27,512 nt of DNA from the NCBI GenBank assembly GCA_903847975.1, contig CAINFC010000310.1, positions 1 to 27,512 on the forward strand. Reading direction: 5' to 3'. The position numbers and the translations under genes are program-made. Every line of letters starts with the position of its first letter. The first letter of the stretch is position 1. Shown piece by piece: positions 23,424 to 27,512 of this stretch. The notes below the pieces were generated by a model. The model searched no databases. It saw only the letters and a program-made list of their open reading frames with translations, and had not been told where the DNA came from. This stretch comes from an uncultured Acidobacteriota bacterium (GTDB lineage Bacteria; Acidobacteriota; UBA6911; CAINFC01).

Positions 23424-26150
23424 TCATAATTTTTTGCCTTTCACGCCCGGCAGGCTGACAATAAAAGTACTCCCTTGGCCTGGTTTGGATTCCACGGCGA
23501 TCTCCCCTTCCATGCGGCCGAGAATCTGCCGGGCGATGGTCAGCCCGAGGCCCTCTCCGTCGGTCTCTCCCGGGTGAAGGCGGTGAAAGAGCTCAAAGAT
23601 GTTCTCGCAGTGATTCCCGGCGATACCAATGCCGTTGTCCTCCACCCGGTACAGGGCGCGGTCCCCTTCGGCTGCTCCTAGGATTCCGATGCGGCCCGGC
23701 CTGCCGCGGTCCAGATATTTAATGGCGTTATCGATCAGGTTCGAGAAGATCTGGGTCACCTGCACGGCGTCTCCCCGGCAGGGGGGAAGTTCCCCCACGG
23801 TCAGCGCAACCCCCGCCTTCTCAATGCGGAAAGCGAAGGAGGCAGCAAGCTGCCTCAGCAGTTCGTTCATGTCCAGTGGCTCGATCCGCAGGGCGGCCCG
23901 GCCGGAACGGGAGAGCTTGAGCAGACCCTTCAGCAGGTTGTCCATTTGCCGCGTGCTGGCGCGGATGCGCTCCAGGGACCTGGTCATGTCCGGGAACTCC
24001 GCCTTCAGAACTTTTTCCAGCTGTGCACGGTCGCTGCCGCCTTCCAGCAGGCCGCCGATCTCCGCGAGGGAAAATTCCAGCTCCCGGCTGAAGCCGTCCA
24101 CATTGACCAGGGGCGAGCGCAGGTCGTGAGAGGCCACATAGACGAGCTGCTCCAGCTCCTTATTTTTGGCGGCCAGATTTTTCTGACTCTGCCGGATGGC
24201 GGTAATATCGATGGCCAGTTCGAAACGGACATCCCGGCCGTCGCTCCAGCGGATGATGCGGTCGGTGATGGAATAGTGCCGGCCGAGGTTGGCGTTGTAA
24301 AATTCCCAGCGGTGGGGTTCGGGCTTCTGCCGCAGGATCATCTCGTTGGTGCAGAAAGAGCAGGGCGCGTCGAGGCCCTGCAGGGCCTGGTAGCACTTTA
24401 GGCCGATGCAGTCCCCGGGCAGAAGGTCGGCCGCAAACCGGTTCACATACAGCAGTTCGTGGGTTCGGGGATCGGCGATGTAGATGGCCTCATCGATGCT
24501 GTGGAACACCTGCAGGAGCTGGTCGCGCTCGGCCTGAACCGCTTCTTCCATCCGCTTGCGCTCGGTGATATCCAGGGCCAGGGATACTACTCCGGTGATG
24601 CGCCCCTGGCTGTCCTGCTGGATGGAATTGTTCCATTGGCACAGGATTCGGTCACCGCTCCTGGTAAGATTCTCGTTGGTCGACTGGCTTGGAATTCTCC
24701 GCTGCAGCAGGGAGTCCACCACTTCCGACACCGTCGCACGAGCGGATTCCGGGAGCAGGAACTCAACAAAGTTCCTGCCGATGGCCTCTTCACGCGTCCA
24801 GCCGAATATCCGCTCGGCCTGCCGGTTCCAGTTCCGGACCACGCAGTCCCGATCCCAGACAACCATGGCGAGCGGCGAGGTGTCATAGATGGCCCGATAC
24901 CACTCTTCGGAAATGCGAAGCGCTTCGCCCCTTTGCACGCCCTCGGTAATGTCCCGGGCGATGCCGTCAAAGCCCGTCACCGCCCCGTCGGCATCGCGGA
25001 CCGGGCCGGCGCTTGAGGTGTGCCAGCGCCACGGGCCGTTATGGTGCCGCACCCGGTACTCGACGCCTTCCTGCCGCTCTCCCTTATCCCGCACTTTCTG
25101 CCAGAAGGCATCGCACCGCGGGAGGTCGTCGGGATGAACGAATTCGGAAAAGGAGCGGCCTGGAATCTCCGCCGTGGGATGACCCAGCAGGCGCGTCCAG
25201 GCGGGGGAGACGAAGGAATAAATGCCCTCCGCCGTAAGCGAGTAAATGATGTCGCTGGTGTTCTCAACCAGGCTGCGGTACTTGGATTCGCTGTGGCGCA
25301 GCTCCCCGATGCGCTGTTGGAGCTCCCGCCGCAGACGATCGAGCGTCTCGCAGATCTGGCGGGCCTCGGCAAGGTCGGAGGCCGGCAGGGGAACGTCCAG
25401 GTTCCCCTCCCGCATCTGCCCGACCGCGGCAGTGATCAGGGAAAACACCCCGGTGGTCCTCCGGGTCAAGCGGCGCACGATCAGCCAGACCGGAACAAAC
25501 AGCGCCGCCCCGGACAGGAGGGCCAGCCATACCCCATTCATGACCATGCTGCTCAGCGTGCCAATCTGAATGCTGGCGCCGGTTATGTAGCGCCGCCGGC
25601 GAGCATCCAGACGCGGCAGCAGCACCATACGCCCTTCCCCCCATTCGTTATGAAACGAGGAGTATACAGGAATGTCCGGAGGGCCCATGGCCGGGTCAAA
25701 AGCGTGCGGGTCATGGTGCGTTTCAAAGAACGACGCATGGGCGGAGGCCGGGTTGTTCACATCGGCCCGCGTGGCCGATGTGAATACGATCCGGTCCTCG
25801 AGCACCAGCACGCTCCAGATATACTGCAGGCCGAGCCTCCGGCAAAGGGAATCGTGGCGATCGAGAATGCGCGCATACTGCTCCCGGGAGAGGGAGTCCT
25901 GCCCGAGGATCCGGTCATGAAAGTCATTCCCCAACCATTCGCTCGCGAATTCCACGGCCGAAAGCATGCGGTCATCGGCGTTTTCCAGGATCATGCTCCT
26001 GGAATAGAACACGAAGACCAGGCTGATGCCGAGAGCGCAAACCAGGCAAATCACGGTAACGATCCGCATCAGAGCGGCATTCACGGTACGATACCGGATC
26101 GGATCGGCGTTGTCTCGGACCGCTGCGGGTTTGGTTTCGTTATGGTTCAT
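23424..26150 (-). CDS. Membrane sensor histidine kinase: TM - periplasmic Cache-like domain - TM - HAMP - 3 PAS (the last with a 4-Cys motif) - HisKA - HATPase_c
   Basis: Two TM segments (IVTVICLVCALGISLVFVFY; GVWLALLSGAALFVPVWLIV) flank a roughly 150-aa extracytoplasmic domain. PAS-like blocks. H-box YVASHDLRSPL. G-boxes DNGIGIAG and GEGLGLTIA. The ATG at 26150 has a GGGGAGG RBS. The gene ends 29 nt before the REC gene. Confidence 0.85.
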   Translation of the reverse strand: MNHNETKPAAVRDNADPIRYRTVNAALMRIVTVICLVCALGISLVFVFYSRSMILENADDRMLSAVEFASEWLGNDFHDRILGQDSLSREQYARILDRHDSLCRRLGLQYIWSVLVLEDRIVFTSATRADVNNPASAHASFFETHHDPHAFDPAMGPPDIPVYSSFHNEWGEGRMVLLPRLDARRRRYITGASIQIGTLSSMVMNGVWLALLSGAALFVPVWLIVRRLTRRTTGVFSLITAAVGQMREGNLDVPLPASDLAEARQICETLDRLRRELQQRIGELRHSESKYRSLVENTSDIIYSLTAEGIYSFVSPAWTRLLGHPTAEIPGRSFSEFVHPDDLPRCDAFWQKVRDKGERQEGVEYRVRHHNGPWRWHTSSAGPVRDADGAVTGFDGIARDITEGVQRGEALRISEEWYRAIYDTSPLAMVVWDRDCVVRNWNRQAERIFGWTREEAIGRNFVEFLLPESARATVSEVVDSLLQRRIPSQSTNENLTRSGDRILCQWNNSIQQDSQGRITGVVSLALDITERKRMEEAVQAERDQLLQVFHSIDEAIYIADPRTHELLYVNRFAADLLPGDCIGLKCYQALQGLDAPCSFCTNEMILRQKPEPHRWEFYNANLGRHYSITDRIIRWSDGRDVRFELAIDITAIRQSQKNLAAKNKELEQLVYVASHDLRSPLVNVDGFSRELEFSLAEIGGLLEGGSDRAQLEKVLKAEFPDMTRSLERIRASTRQMDNLLKGLLKLSRSGRAALRIEPLDMNELLRQLAASFAFRIEKAGVALTVGELPPCRGDAVQVTQIFSNLIDNAIKYLDRGRPGRIGILGAAEGDRALYRVEDNGIGIAGNHCENIFELFHRLHPGETDGEGLGLTIARQILGRMEGEIAVESKPGQGSTFIVSLPGVKGKKL

Positions 26151-26390
26151 AGCGCCTCCCCAGGGGTCACCAGGCTCCCTCCTCGCTTCATGGAGTGATC
26201 CCGGGCGGCAACCCGACACGGCAGCCGCCTGGCGCACTGCCCGGATCCCCTTTTTACCGGACCGGCAACCCCGTCGCCATCAGGGCTTTATATCATCCCT
26301 CCCTCGAGTAAATCAACGTCAGCTCGAAACCCGGGACGGCCGGGCAGGAAATGCCGACGCGGCAAGGAATTGCCTGGCTGTAATCTTGCC

Positions 26391-26511
26391 GTCCCTGACG
26401 GGACCATTGTCTCGGAATAACCGTCCTGTGCCGGTTTGCGCGAGGATTTCCAAGGCCATGGCGGAGCACAGCGCTACGATATCCGCTATTTCGCCCCGTG
26501 CCGCTCAGACG
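26391..26511 (+). repeat. Interspersed repeat module A (copy 3), in the 5' leader of the sensor-kinase gene / 3' flank of ino1
   Basis: Aligns to the reverse complement of 1-120 and to 5274-5380. Its 5' arm tccctgacggga can also pair with tcccgtcagga at 26515-26525, enclosing the whole module in a long-range helix. Confidence 0.7.
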
Positions 26512-26528
26512 CAAATCCCGTCAGGAAC

Positions 26529-26601
26529 GGCAGATTGTGGTCCGGCACGCCGGTGCCGGCTTGGGTCGGAGGTATCCCTAGTCCCATCGGGACGGCAGAA
26601 C
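26529..26601 (+). repeat. Interspersed repeat module B (copy 2)
   Basis: Aligns to 121-193 (ggcagattgtgg-hairpin-...-gtcccatcgggacggcagaac). Confidence 0.65.
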
Positions 26602-26631
26602 CCGACCATGCATGCTTTTTGCGGCTTCCTC

Positions 26632-27512
26632 TTACTTACCTGCGATGTACTCCTCCACCTTTCGGCGGGCGACATCATCGGTAAATTGCCGCGGAGGAGA
26701 CTTCATGAAATAGGAAGAGGGCTCCAGCAGGGCTCCCTTCCGGCCGCGATCCAGGGCCAGCTTGGCGCAGCGCACCGCATCGATCACCACGCCGGCGCTG
26801 TTGGGGCTGTCCCAGACTTCCAGCTTCAGCTCCATATTTAAAGGGACATTGCCGAACGTGGTCCCCTCCATGCGGATATAACACCACTTGCGGTCGGTAA
26901 GCCAGGGAACATAATCGCTGGGACCGACGTGGACCGCGTCCTGGCCGAGTTCGTAGGGAAGCTGGCTGGTGACTGCATTGGTTTTGCTGATCTTTTTCGA
27001 TTCCAGTCGCTCCCGCTCGAGCATGTTCAGGAAATCGGTATTCCCTCCGAAGTTGAGCTGGTAGGTCCGGTCCACGCGGACGCCCCGGTCCTCGAACAGA
27101 CGGGTAAGCACCCGGTGGGTGATTGTCGCTCCGACCTGCGATTTGATGTCGTCGCCGATGACCGGAAGGCCGCGCTCCTCGAACCGCTTCTGCCAGCGCT
27201 CTTCACGGGCGATGAACACCGGAATGCAGTTGACGAAACCACAGCCGGCTTCCAGAATCTGCTCCACATACCACTTAGTGGCCTTCTCGCTGCCGACCGG
27301 CAGATAGCTGACCACCACATCGGTTCCGGTGTCCCGGAGAATTTTGGCCACATCGGCGGCCGCACCGGGGGCTCGGGCAATCACCCGGGAGAGGTACTTG
27401 CCTAATCCGTCATGGGCTCTGCCCCGATATACCGGCACCCCCATTTCGGGAACCTCGGCAAACCGCCAGGTGTTGTTGGGCGGGGCATAAATGGCCTCTG
27501 CCAGGTCCTTGC
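26632..27512 (-). CDS. ino1: myo-Inositol-1-phosphate synthase, partial (5' end lies beyond the window end)
   Basis: Highly characteristic MIPS blocks: [95 protein letters not shown]. The reading frame stays open to the window edge (upstream residues ...[31 protein letters not shown]). Confidence 0.85.
   Translation of the reverse strand, partial: KDLAEAIYAPPNNTWRFAEVPEMGVPVYRGRAHDGLGKYLSRVIARAPGAAADVAKILRDTGTDVVVSYLPVGSEKATKWYVEQILEAGCGFVNCIPVFIAREERWQKRFEERGLPVIGDDIKSQVGATITHRVLTRLFEDRGVRVDRTYQLNFGGNTDFLNMLERERLESKKISKTNAVTSQLPYELGQDAVHVGPSDYVPWLTDRKWCYIRMEGTTFGNVPLNMELKLEVWDSPNSAGVVIDAVRCAKLALDRGRKGALLEPSSYFMKSPPRQFTDDVARRKVEEYIAGK

Noticed and set aside
1-27512. tRNA/rRNA genes, transposases, integrases
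   Set aside because: No cloverleaf-compatible segment, rRNA signature or transposase-like ORF was found. The repeats lack any associated transposase, so I call them non-autonomous elements or RNA motifs rather than IS elements.

Overview
This is a high-GC (about 65%) bacterial chromosomal segment. The tandem GloVer-type repeat protein suggests a Verrucomicrobia-like or related lineage, but this is uncertain. I can support 16 protein-coding genes; no rRNA, tRNA, CRISPR array or transposase is visible. From start to end: (1) two co-oriented secreted surface proteins on the minus strand, one with 9 tandem fibronectin-III-like domains and one tail-fibre-like protein with a C-terminal peptidase-S74 intramolecular chaperone domain; (2) an approximately 610 bp divergent intergenic region full of repeats; (3) a secreted GH127 (DUF1680) glycosidase, a GloVer-repeat protein and a URO-D-like TIM-barrel protein; (4) a minus-strand pair encoding a Tat-exported AraA/FucI-like isomerase and a Sec-exported MBL-fold alkylsulfatase; (5) a LexA-headed operon lexA-DUF72-Y-family polymerase in which the polymerase appears to lack the catalytic carboxylates (ImuB-like), with a textbook sigma70 promoter and a phased direct-repeat array at the operator position; (6) a flotillin/SPFH gene divergent from a Trp-rich hypothetical; (7) a three-gene phosphorelay on the minus strand (Cache-PAS sensor kinase with a 4-Cys NreB-like PAS, a stand-alone REC, and a REC-PAS-PocR-PAS-HK-REC hybrid kinase); (8) a partial myo-inositol-1-phosphate synthase gene. 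The most unusual things are a family of mosaic, highly structured non-coding repeat modules present at three loci (1-196, 5274-5380, 26391-26601) plus a shorter recurring 25-50 bp motif at five loci, and the non-canonical SOS cassette. Most long ORFs in the six-frame track opposite the real genes are Gly/Arg/Pro-rich shadow ORFs typical of high-GC DNA and are rejected. Note that the ORF track uses GTG/TTG as well as ATG starts; I re-derived starts from RBS context where possible.
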